From Microbotryum violaceum (lineage: Eukaryota), in contig CDLV01000011.1 in the NCBI GenBank assembly GCA_001244265.2, positions 1,302,001 to 1,366,000 of the forward strand: 64,000 nucleotides of DNA, given 5' to 3'. The position numbers were made by a program, and so were the translations under genes. The notes below the pieces were generated by a model, which was given only the letters and a program-made list of their open reading frames with translations, was not told the DNA's origin and searched no databases. Shown here piece after piece: positions 1 to 11,092 of this stretch. Each line of letters opens with the position of its first letter. The stretch's first letter is position 1.

Positions 1-328
1 TGGCGACGTGCAAAGGGCCAGGAACCAGTTGAAGAGTTCGTTGATGATGGCATTGGAATCTCGAATGGTTCAAGTCGAGGATTTGGGACGACAAGTTCAA
101 GTTCACGGAAAGAAAACGCCTATGCAGGAAATGGTCGCCTTGATCAATCAAGTCAGCTTGAACGATATCTATAGAGTTGCAGGGAGGGTTTTGAGACCTA
201 AAAAGAGCTCGATCGTGGGGGATCGGAAGAGGAGTGGCAAACCGACCATTGTGGTGCAGGGACAATTGAATGGGTTGCCGGATATCCCGGGGACATTGGC
301 GAGGAAGGGGTTGAACGGCGAGGCATAA
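1..328 (+). CDS. MAS2: Mitochondrial processing peptidase alpha subunit (M16), C-terminal fragment
   Basis: RARNQLKSSLMMALESRMVQVEDLGRQVQVHG is the conserved C-terminal MPP-alpha motif. The 5' part lies outside the window. Confidence 0.9.
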   Translation, partial: GDVQRARNQLKSSLMMALESRMVQVEDLGRQVQVHGKKTPMQEMVALINQVSLNDIYRVAGRVLRPKKSSIVGDRKRSGKPTIVVQGQLNGLPDIPGTLARKGLNGEA

Positions 329-524
329 GTGGAGTGGTTTATAGAATGCATTTTCTTTTGTATCCCCATAACGGACACCCACCTCTTCTTCTCTGTCTTG
401 TAATCTTACTACCCAAACCACCCAATGTGCGAAAGAATGCGATATTTGCAGTAACGAGCACGAAGAACATGCGGGACCTACGAGCGAGCAGTGAAAGAAG
501 GCTTCGATCCGAACCGAAGGCCTC

Positions 525-870
525 TCAAAGCTCATCCCTCCTCCTCTCTTGCCCTTCCTCCTCTCCTTCTTCCCCTTCGGCGTCCTCCCACTTCCTCCCA
601 AAAGCCTCCGTCAACCTCTCATACTCCTTCGAAACCTTAACCTCCTCCAACCCCTTCTTCCCAACATCCTCATCCCCATCATACCCAATAGGTCCAGCAG
701 GGGGACCTTCTCTGCCCCCTACACCTCTTACTCCTGCTCCGGGCTGTGCTGTGATTTGTTCCAAGGCGGCTTTGACGGCGCCTGCTAGACCTCCCGGTGC
801 GTCGACAGGTATAACGAAGGGTTTGATAATCCTCCCTCCTGCTCCTGCTCCGGCTCCTGCTCCGGCTCCG

Positions 871-956
<86 letters not shown>

Positions 957-3069
957 CCCTCCTTGTCCTACACCTCCACCTCCATCCCCAGCAGCACCAG
1001 CACCAGCAACACGTTCTGGCCCCTCCCCGTCCGCCCCATTCCCAGGTAAGAGAAGCGCGTTCAAAGCCTTGGCCAATTCTTGCATATTCTCCAGCCGACC
1101 CAACTTATGATCATCCTCTTTCTCCTCTTCCTCCTCCTTCGTCTTCCCTGCTTTCGCACCAAGTTGAGCCAACAACTGTTCCTTCATCTCCTCCAAGGAA
1201 GCCCCTTCTTGACCCACGACATTCGGCTGAGCATCGTCTGCAGTACTATGGGGTGGGGGGCTTATCGAACCGACTTCACCTTCGACGGGAGCCAAGATGG
1301 CAGCTTTGAGTACTTCACCCGTTGCCGGGTGGTACACCAATTCGACGTCAATACTTTGCCCCCAGTCCTCCCCTCCCCTCGTGTTCTTCGGAGCATCGAG
1401 GTCGGTTCCGATCTCCTCTGGTGCGATTCGTTGAGGTGGTGCTTGATTTTGTTGTTTTGGAGGTTGTGGTACCGTCACCGGTACGGTAGGATACGTTTTC
1501 TTGGGTAGTAGATGGCCCGCCAACACCTCCTCCTGATCGTCTCGAACGATCGGCGGTGCCGTCGGCACTTTGGGCGCATCCACGCTTTCTCTCAAATGAC
1601 GAACGACGGCTCGGCATTCGATCGCCGAAGGACCTCTTTCCGATGAGGAAAACGTTCTTTGTCGTTCGAGGAAGACGGGCTCGCTACAGAGCCGTGGGGT
1701 GTGGATGATCATGACGTAGCGGCAGACTAAAGGTGTTGGACCGGTCAGATAACAAATACTGAAAGCTTTCGTTTCAGAAGAGGTGGGAAGCACTCACTGG
1801 CCGTTTCTCGAATGAGTGCGATGCGATCGATCGTTTGCGTGTTGCAATGAAACTGTTGGTGAGGAACACGTTTCGATTCAGATCGAGCAAAGCCTTTTTC
1901 TCCCGCTCCTGGACCCGCGGAAGTAAAGATAAACTCACCTGCACTTCAACCTCCCTCGGCAATCCCGTCTTGTCGCAAATCGTACCATCGTCCCAAATCT
2001 GAGTAAGGTACAACCCCCCTTCATCGTCGCCCAAGCCCATCTCCGGTCCTCCCCCTAACGTCCCCGGCGCCTTTGTCGAGACCGAAGAGATCGTACCCGG
2101 AGCCAAAGTCGCCGGATGGGCTCGACCGTTGTGGTTCGCCGTACCTGCGCCTACATGTCGAGGTGGTGAGACCTTTTCGATCACGGGTTGGGGTGCGGGG
2201 TATCGTCCGAGTGTGTAGGACCAGTTGTTGACGTCTTCGACGGGTTCGACCGAGCCGGCGACTCGGAGTTCATGAAATTGTCGGATGTGCTTGCCGTAGC
2301 TGAGAAGAGGGAAACATCGTATTAGAATGTTGCACATTCGTGGTATGCCAGGGTGTAGACACTCACCAAAAGCTGTAGGCTGAAGCGGATGGGAACGGTG
2401 CAGTCGAACGGTGTGGGGGAAGTTCGGGACAATCGTCGATGTGTCAGCTAATCTAGACCGACTTCCCCAAATCATAGAGAGAATACCCGCACTACTCACT
2501 GAACCAGTTCTTTTTCGAATACAAGCATTGCGTCCTCAACGGCTCCAACAACGCCAGCCCATTCTCCAAACCCCGCTCGCGTTCCTCCTGCCGAGCGACC
2601 GCATCCTTGGTCGATTCCGCGACCGAGTGTTCGACCTCATCTTCGCTCACGGAAGGGACAGTGCAGAGGAAGGCCTGTCCCGAGGATGTTCGGAGGACGT
2701 GAACATTCGCGATATCGTCCTGGTGAGGTCAAGGGAGGTGGGGAAGGGAGGTGGGGTCAGGACACGTCATTCGACGCACGCACGCCAGCCTGAGCCCCGG
2801 CCGGCCCGGCCCCCCACTTGGTCCGTCGATTCGGCCACGGCATGGTCACGAGCGCGCCTTGGAAACGTAACGCTCACAGATACGGCCTTGGCTTGGGATA
2901 GTAGGTTGGGTATTGTATCGTTCAACGCGACTTGTTCGCTGATGACCACTTTGAACTGTGGGTGCGAGTAGATATCTCGCGGCGAATGCGACGACAGCGA
3001 ATGGACCGCCACCGGAGCACTCGCACTGGCGAGCAAGAGCCATACCCAGCGTGATGGCAGGGGAGTCAT
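525..3069 (-). CDS. YOS9: ERAD lectin OS-9/Yos9 (MRH domain), multi-exon
   Basis: Signal peptide MTPLPSRWVWLLLASASA. The spliced MRH domain reads CLYSKKNWFTYSFCYGKHIRQFHE...YLTQIWDDGTICDKTGLPREVEVQ...YVMIIHTPRLCSEPVF. The C-terminus ends in an RDEL ER-retention signal. Confidence 0.88.
838..960. repeat. (GCTCCT)n hexanucleotide microsatellite, about 20 units, encoding poly-Gly-Ala in Yos9
   Basis: Tandem repeat seen directly, with a few GCTCCG variants. Confidence 0.95.
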
Positions 3070-3576
3070 CGGGAACGTGACGGTGACCTTGTGTTCGTTG
3101 TGAGCTAGAAGCCGAGTAGTGGCCTCCGTCGCGGCGATGGATCCTCGGCGTGTTGACTGTCGAGCGATCAAAAGCAGTCGAGGCGATCGACAATGGGGGA
3201 GGGAGGCTAAGCCCAAGTCATCCTCTCCCAGAGTCGCACCCCCCAGACGACGCAGGCCAAGGGGAAGTTCCAACTTTCCTTGCCTTCGTCATCACGCAAG
3301 CCTCTCCCTCTGCTTTAGGCCCTTTAGGGTCATCCAGATCAATATGACCGACCGCGCCTAATCAAGAAATTCCTAAAGGATGGCGCTCTGCTTTGAGGCG
3401 ATAGGGGCCAAACTGAAAATCTGGCCCCGAATCGGTATCTTTGCTCTCCGGTTTTGCGGTGGACGCAGCAGATACCCGTTCCACAGAGAGCTCCGACGAG
3501 CCAGAACAGATTGCAAGAAAGGGGAGACGCGGCGGCGCGAGCTAAAATTTAAGCTGAACTATATCACCTCCCGGGC

Positions 3577-5915
3577 TTACAAGGTACCTCGGACGGCCTT
3601 GTCGACGCACTGAGCAAAGTAATCGACGTTGTTGGCGTTCAATCCGGCCATACTGATGCGACCGTTCGCGGTGAGGTAGATGTGACCCTTCTCCAAGAGC
3701 GCCTTGCATTGAGCGGCTGAGCATAAAAGACAGCCGGGGGAGTGAGCTGGGTGTTGAAACGAGCCAAACTTCGAGCATAGACTGCGACTTACGATTCAAT
3801 CCGGTGAAAGAGAACATGCCGATCTGCGACGTAATGTGCTTCCAGCCGTTCGATCCGGGAGCAGGGGTCTTGTACTTCTCCACGAGCAGATTGTACAATT
3901 GCTGACGCATCTCAATGATTCGTTCAGCCATGCCCCTGATGTCCCGCTTCCACTCCTCGAACAGCTCGGGTTTGCTAAGGATCAGAGCCACGATGCGTGC
4001 ACCGTACGTCGGAGGGTTCGAGATCTCGGATCGCTGCAGCAGCAACAGCTGCGACTCGATTCGGTCCGAACCACCTTCGACGTCGCCCTTGTGCGCAGCC
4101 ACGACGTTGAGCGCACCGATACGCTCGCCGTAGAGACCCGCATTCTTGGCGTACGACTGGCAAACGAGCAGGGGAATATTCCGCGAAACGAAGTGGCGCA
4201 CGGCCCAAGCGTCGTTGTCGAGGTCGCCCGAGGCAAAGCCCTGTGCGAGTGACAAGGCGAATTCGATTATTCGTCAGTGCCAGATCGTCTTGAGCACCCC
4301 CACATGTTCCGCCCGCGAGGGTATAATCAATCTACCTGGTAGGCACAATCGAAGAAGGCATAGTGTCCTTTTGCCTGGAAAATGTCGGCGATATGCTTCC
4401 ACTGGTCACGAGTCGGGTCGACACCGGTCGGGTTGTGGGCGCACGCGTGCAAAAGGAAGACCGACTGGGGTAGTGCCTCGTTCAAGAAAGCGGTGAACTT
4501 GTCGAAAGCGAGACCAATCGTTTGGGGGTCGTAGTAAGGGTAGTCGACGGCCGTGCACCCGACGTTCGTTAAGATCGCCTTGTGGTTGGCTGTGCGGATG
4601 AATCGGGGTCTGGTCAGGTTTGGGTCGCCGATAGCATCGCCTAACCACACCTCGACTCACCCCAGGTAGGATTGGACACGTAGACGACCTTCTCGTTCTG
4701 CGACTTGCCCTTCCACGGCCCGTAGAACCGCTCGAGGAATGCCGCCCCAGTGTGATTCGCGCCGGTACCGGAGATGGTCTGAATACTGTGGAGTTGCATC
4801 ACAGACGATGTAAAGCGTCAGAATGGAAGCACTTCCTCACTTTCGAGCGCGTGGCAAGCCAATTACGTAGACACTCGGCCCTCCTTGAGAGCGGCACTGT
4901 CGGCGCCAAAGATGAGCTTGCTCGTCTCTTGGGTGAAGGTCGGCAAGCCGGCGATGGGGAGGTATTCGTGATCGAGTGTTTCATCTTGCGCGATCTCCAA
5001 CTTGGCCTGCGAAGATGGAAGCAGAGATGACGTAACTGCATCAGTCAAGAGCGCGCGAGGGATGGGAACGAGCCTTGTATCGAGCGGCCCCGGCCAATCG
5101 AGTCAAGTCGGCCGAGGTGGGGAGCAGTCTCATCGAACTGCGGCCCTCTCGCGTTGCGCACTGCGGACGAAGCTGTCCAGTCGACGATACGTCTATCTTG
5201 TATTCTAAATATCATCGACAGTTACCAGGCCCGTCCGGAGTCGACATAGTGCGATGAAGATGATGCCGAGCGTTGCCGAGCGATTGAACGTGGGGACCGG
5301 GGGTTGGGGCTTAAGGTCCGGGATGGCGCAGCCCATGGCGAACAAGTCCAATGTAACGCTGTACTGCTCGTCGTGCGGTATGCCTCCAGTCGAATGGCTC
5401 GCAACTTCCCCCATTGAAGCGATGCAATCCGGATAGCTTACCTTGCGGACGACGGGGAGCACGTAAGGCTTGCCCTCGTTTGTCCTGTAAGCGCCGATAC
5501 CGAGGTTGACCTTTTGCGCGAACGAATCGGCCTTATAGTTGGCCGTCAACGCAAAAATCGCATCCGGGGGTGTGAGCGGTGTCTCGGCAAATACTGCGAA
5601 TTGGCACGCCAAGAATACAATGAAGGGGCGAGTCGGGTTGGGTCATTCCAGCGGTCGAGCGGTCGAGCGGTCGAGCGGTCGAGCGGTCAAGCGGTCGCGC
5701 CGGAGCCGGGCAGCGCGTGGTGGTGGTCGTGAGTGCGCATGAGGGAGGGAAAGTGGGGCTGCGTCAGATGGGAGATACGACTGCAGGGCAGGGATGGCGG
5801 CTGCAGCAGAAGGTGCTCAAGCGAGATCCTGACCGGATCGAACCGACTGACCATCTTGAGTTGAACTCATTTGGGAAGACACTTGCGAGAGACGCGATTG
5901 TGCAGAAGACGACAT
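3577..5915 (-). CDS. AAT2: Aspartate aminotransferase (class I, cytosolic/peroxisomal type), multi-exon
   Basis: Motifs PPDAIF, KVNLGIGAYR, LLHACAHNPTGVDPT, FFDCAYQGFASGD, CQSYAKNAGLYGERIG (PLP lysine) and GRISMAGLN. Exon 1 (5915-5852) splices in frame to 5593. Confidence 0.93.
5651..5696. repeat. (GCGGTCGA)n 8-mer tandem repeat, about 5.5 units, in AAT intron 1
   Basis: Seen directly. Confidence 0.9.
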
Positions 5916-6506
5916 GCTGACGGTGCCTGACGTCGAATGTAGGCGTAGGCGCGGGCGCGGTATAATAGGGCGCGGTCTGGCGAGGTACGGGTTAGGGCAG
6001 CTAGTAATGAGTGAGCTGGACCGAATCGAGCTTCAAGAAGTTGCAGGTGGAAACCAACGGTCGACGGCAGATGCGCTATCAGAGGTGTCGCGAAAAGGTA
6101 GTTTACTCCGTGATGGGTTGCATCGAGTGGTTGACGTCAAAACTCACTGATGATGCTTGGCTGTTTGCTGAGAACAGACGACTTGCAGTTGGACCGCTGG
6201 GATGGAATGACGGCAACCAGCCAACCGGCTCGCCCGGCTACCTTGGAGCAATCCGGCCTGGCACGGGCAAGTTGGACGGTGTTGGACTGGGTTGGGCTGT
6301 AGGCTATATCGAGATCGAAGAGCGACACGCTCGATTGGAGAGGCTGCACCGCGTCATTGTGGCAATATCCGCGGCACGGTACATTGTATTGCACGGAGCA
6401 ACGTCAATAAGAGTAAACGAGATATAGGGGTATCAAAACCTTTCTCTGTCCCAACAAATCTAAGTAGCCCATCTCCCCTTCATATTGCCCCTAGAAAGCC
6501 GAGTTT

Positions 6507-9500
6507 TCACAGCGCCCTGCCGATCATTAGCCTCTCAAGTTCATCCCCTCGGCCGAGCGTATTCCTTCTGTTTGGCTCATCACCTCCCAAGAATTGTGTC
6601 TGTCCCGTCTGAGGTGATGACCCGGGATACAGCGTGGCAGGTGAGCTGCCTTGGCCGGAATTCATCGATGGGCTACGCCCTGGTCCCAGACTCCGCGAGG
6701 TCGAGGTTGAGCCTCGGTGGCCATGTGCGATGAACGGGTCATACTCTGCACCACGACTCATGGTTGGATAGGGTGCCAGGCTGAATTCGGACGCGGATTT
6801 CAGGTCCGTATCTTGCCATCCTTGCGAGGTATTATCGGTTGCGCTGCTGCAAGGAGAGGGCACCAAGTAAGGGGGGTTTAGCCTAGCTTCCGACTGCTTC
6901 GATGAGGGTGCGGACATGAACTCACACTTCTCGTGCATTGAGACTCTCCGAAGTTACGGATCTGAAATCTCGAATGCCGGGCATCGTAGTGCTCCATGAT
7001 CTCGAAGCCGAGCTCAACTGCGAAGCTCGGTAGGGTCGAGGAGCGAAATCATCCTCGGCGTCTGTGTCATGGGGGGTCCCCGATCTCAGCCCGCCATAAA
7101 TGCTGCTGCCCCCCATTGATAACCGGTGATTGCTGTAATCGTATTCGTCGCCACCCTCGCCCACATCCTCTCCTGACTCTACCGCGTCCGCGAAAATGCC
7201 ATTCTCGCTCTCCGACTCGGGGCGAGCCGACGCATTCTCTGTCGTATGATTGAAGTCGGAAATTGACCCCGCCATCGAGACCGGGGGGACTTGAATGGGC
7301 TCCCCTAACGTCAGCGACCTTCGACCCTGTATCGTGCTCCTGTTCGAAGGCTCCCGTGGGCCACGAAGACCTCTCCGCAGTGAGCGCGAAGGCGAGGACT
7401 GATGACCGAGTATCAATGGCACCGAAGCACACGGGCTCATCATCCCGTGCGAGGCGAAAGGATCCATTAGGCTATGATCCCCGGCGCTGGAAGTCCGAGA
7501 TCGTTCTCTTTGTCGAGCTGAAATTGCCGCAGCAGGCGCCAGACCTAGGCCGCTCAGAGTCGAACCCCACCCTGCAGCGATGCGGTCGAGGAGAACAGAT
7601 CCGGCGCCTGTGCCCGAAGTTGCCGGCGTTGTCATCAACGGATGTCGCTCATCTTGTGATGGGATGATGTAGGGAATATCACGGTAAGGCGAACGGTAGG
7701 GTGATTTGCGATCGTTGTCGTCAATGACCATGCGACGCGGAGGGGTCCCCATCACCGCGTGCGAAAGACCTCCTGTCCATCTCGGGGCTGGAACATCGAG
7801 CTGCGGATCAGCGGCAGGATAGGCGAAGACGTCAGTTCCTCTCAAGACAGACTCACTGGTATAAAAGAGCTCGTTCAGATTTGGGCTATGGTCAAGGCTC
7901 ACTCCTCGACTTTCTTCCCTCGAGATGTTGCCCACCGATGCCGAACGACTCAATGGTACATCCAACCCTTTTGATCCTCTCTTGGCTCTCCCACTGCTGC
8001 CTCGTCCCGAGTTCCGGCTCCCAAATGTCGGCACGCTGCTTTCTCGAGAGCTTGCGGTCGATGCATCGATACTACCTCGACCGCTCAACCACCCAATCTC
8101 CGACACGGGTCGACGCTTGGGAGGTTTTCGAGCTCGGCTGTCGAGATCCCGCGGGGGCGTAGCCAACTTGGACGAGTTGGGATCGCTGTTGCGCACCAGC
8201 AGGGGTGTCATCGGCGAGTTAAGTTGCCATTCGTATTCGAGTCCTTTCAACATTGACGTGGCGACTAAAGCGTCCGACGCGCTGCGCTGGTGGTGGGAAC
8301 CGAAACCTCGTTGGAAATAATCTTCATAACCATCCGGCTCGGTGCCGAATTGGTCGCGGGACTCGGGTTCATACTCATTGCTTGACGAGTCGAGGTGCTC
8401 GTGGAAGGCGCCGAGAAGCGTCCCTCTTTCGCCGCGGCGTGGTGTCATTGGCGCTGGTCCACCCATCGTCGATTCACGCATCATCGGCCCCACTCCATCC
8501 CTCGAGCCGATCGAAGTGGGTCCACTACTCCTTCCACCACCAAAGCTCTCGTTGCCATCGCATGTGTGGGGAGCCGGGCCTTCTTGACTACAATTATTTC
8601 CCCTCCTGATCCCGAGGATCCCCAAGAATCGTTCGGACCGAGATCCACTCTCGCCAGTGGTCGCTGCGCTGTTTTGACGACTCGAAAGTGCGGGCGAGAC
8701 TTCCGAGGGGACCTGTCTCGAATGCGCAAATTCCCAGTAATGGGTCCCAAGTGCCTGTTGCCTCGATACTCTGTGTCGACGAATGAAGCACAACACGAAG
8801 ATGACGAAGACGAGAAAGGCGCAGATGAGACACCCGATGACGATGCCGGCTATCTCGCCGCCGTTAAGTTGATTCGACAAGGAACGAGGTACGGCAGTCG
8901 CAGGTCCAGTGATGGTGATTGCTGGCGTTGTCGAAGTCGAGCTCGACATGGTCAAGAGGCCGTCCGAAGTGCCGTCAGTGACGAATGTGAGCATGGCAAC
9001 GCCCTCGGAATCTGTCATATAGGTGAGCATAGTTCCGGTGGAAGCGGTGCTCGGAGAGGGTGCGCTTGGAGAGGGTGTGCTTAGAGAGGGTATGCTCGAA
9101 GACGGTATCGGAGGCTCATCGGATGGACTTGCGGCTGATGCGTGAATTCAACAGCAAGCAATGTTAGTACCCAGAGCCTCGCATGTCTCTTCGAGATGTG
9201 AACCTACCTGGCTGCGGAGTGGCTGGAGATGAAGCAGAATCGGAATTTGGAGTATCCGACTGCGCCGGAGCGGCTGGGAACGCTGCAGAATTCAACTCTG
9301 GAATAGTTGAAGTTGGGGGAGCCGGTAAAGTATTGCTCGCTGACGAAGGATCGATGGCTGCCCCGTTAGTGGCACTAGGGACGGACGCGGACACGTTGTT
9401 GAAGCTAGACACGGAAGGGGTCGCATCGGTCGGCGCGGAAACGGGTTGTGCCGTGGTCGCAGGTTCTGCTCACGTGCAAAGCAGATGATTCAGCGGATTT

Positions 9501-9900
9501 TAAAGTTTCGGAAAGAAAACGCGCTCGTGTGAAACTTACCCTGGGGCGCAGCAGTCGGCGTAGCCGCGCTGACCATCGAGGCGGCGAGAACAAAAGTGGC
9601 CCCTGACCCCGTCGCACCAAGGATGCTGACCACCATGGGACCCGTTCCTCCGGCAATCGTGTAGGGAGCCGCGACTTCATAAGGCACATCCACAGTTACT
9701 GGAAGTTGAATGATTTGAGTCAAATACTTTGTCACGACGGCCGCGCCCGATTGCACCGTCGGCGTTCCGTCCAGCAGAGTTTCGACCGTGTAATACAGCG
9801 TCGATGTTGCGATGGGCGAGGAGGTATACTTCAGCCAAGAAGGCAAAGGGGCAGCCGGCGGGATGTAGGTCAAATAAAATGGCGGAGGAACTTGTGCCAT
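6507..9900 (-). CDS. Uncharacterised single-pass membrane protein: S/T/P-rich N-terminal region and long disordered tail, multi-exon
   Basis: 702-aa ORF with TM segment GEIAGIVIGCLICAFLVFVIFVLCFI followed by RRHR. Flanking ORFs (9490-9900, 9164-9412, 6507-6938) are probably additional exons; outer boundaries are approximate. Confidence 0.65.
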
Positions 9901-10851
9901 CCTGACAGAGAGTGGTGGACTGTGGCCCACAACCCCGAGCCAATAGCAAAGTTGCGGTGGAGTGTCGCCTCCTCACTCCGGGGTCGTGCGGGGGGCAAGC
10001 GATGGTGAGGAGGGGTCTAGGCTCGAGTCGCCGTGTAAGGAGGCATGAAGTTGTTGAGGTCTCGTTTATAGGGGATCAGAATGCTGCTAATACCGTCGCT
10101 GTAGCGTGCTAGCAGGCGAACGACTTGAAGCGGCCCTTGAGCTGCGATGCCCCGAAAGAGGTAGAGTCCGGGCGAATAGCTCGCAGTCCTCGTCGCTTCG
10201 GTCCTCCGTGGCACTAGACGAAAGCCAACGAGCTACTCAAGGGCTGGTGCGAGCTCAAGAGTAGTAAGTACGGGTACTCGAGAAGTCGTACCTGTGCGTG
10301 TCAGCGACTTGCAAGTGGTGGGAGCGATGTCGTGAGATTGACGGCCGGCGAAGCGCTTCCCAATCTGCGAGATCATTCAACTCGGCTCAGATTTAATCGT
10401 CCGAGGCGCGGCGCAAGCTTGGCTTGATTGAGAGAGAAGGTTTGGAGTTGAATATTCTCCTGCAGTGGTGTGGTGATGAGATGATTGTTTCAGGGAGTCT
10501 CCCGCAGAGGCAAGAGACAGCAAACTATTTCTTCGACAATCACCTACTCTCGTTACATCACCGCAGACCCGATTACGTGGGAGTTGTCGCAATGTCGCAT
10601 TCAGACACCACTGCAGACACCACTGCAAGCTCGGCTGGCTTGGCTGCTCCGTGGCAACCGGGCGGCAGCCGAACCGATACCCCAAGGCCTAGTTCACGTG
10701 AGGGTCAAGATCTTCACACTGATCCTACGGCTGGCACAAACAAAGGCGAGTGAAATCAGAAAATTCGAAAATACAGCAATGCTGCAATGGTTGATTCATA
10801 TGTTGGGTCCACGGACCAGAGTCGCGCGCACTATGGAGAGGCTCGGCCACT

Positions 10852-10917
10852 CACTAAGCACGTGCACTAAGCACGTGCACTAAGCACGTGCACTAAGCAC
10901 GTGCACTAAGCACTAAG
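10852..10917. repeat. (CACTAAGCACGTG)x4 plus 2 partial units; each full unit carries a CACGTG E-box
   Basis: Seen directly, in the divergent promoter region upstream of CPY. Confidence 0.92.
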
Positions 10918-11092
10918 GGCCGACTTTGCGAGATCCGTCGGGCTGGTCCGGCTGACGGGATGCCGGGGCCTGCCGGAGCCAACTAGGGCCAGCCTGGGCC
11001 AGCGAGAATCGTTTGCGAAGTGGAGCAATTTCGCACGTCTCCGCTCGCTCTTCTTCGTTCCAATCCCTCTGTCCGACATCACACCTTTTGAA

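Noticed and set aside
334..1110. 258-aa plus-strand ORF with poly-PA
   Set aside because: Antisense shadow of the YOS9 last exon, kept open by the microsatellite.
10852..10917. CRISPR-like array
   Set aside because: Units are head-to-tail with no spacers, the context is eukaryotic, and there are no cas genes.
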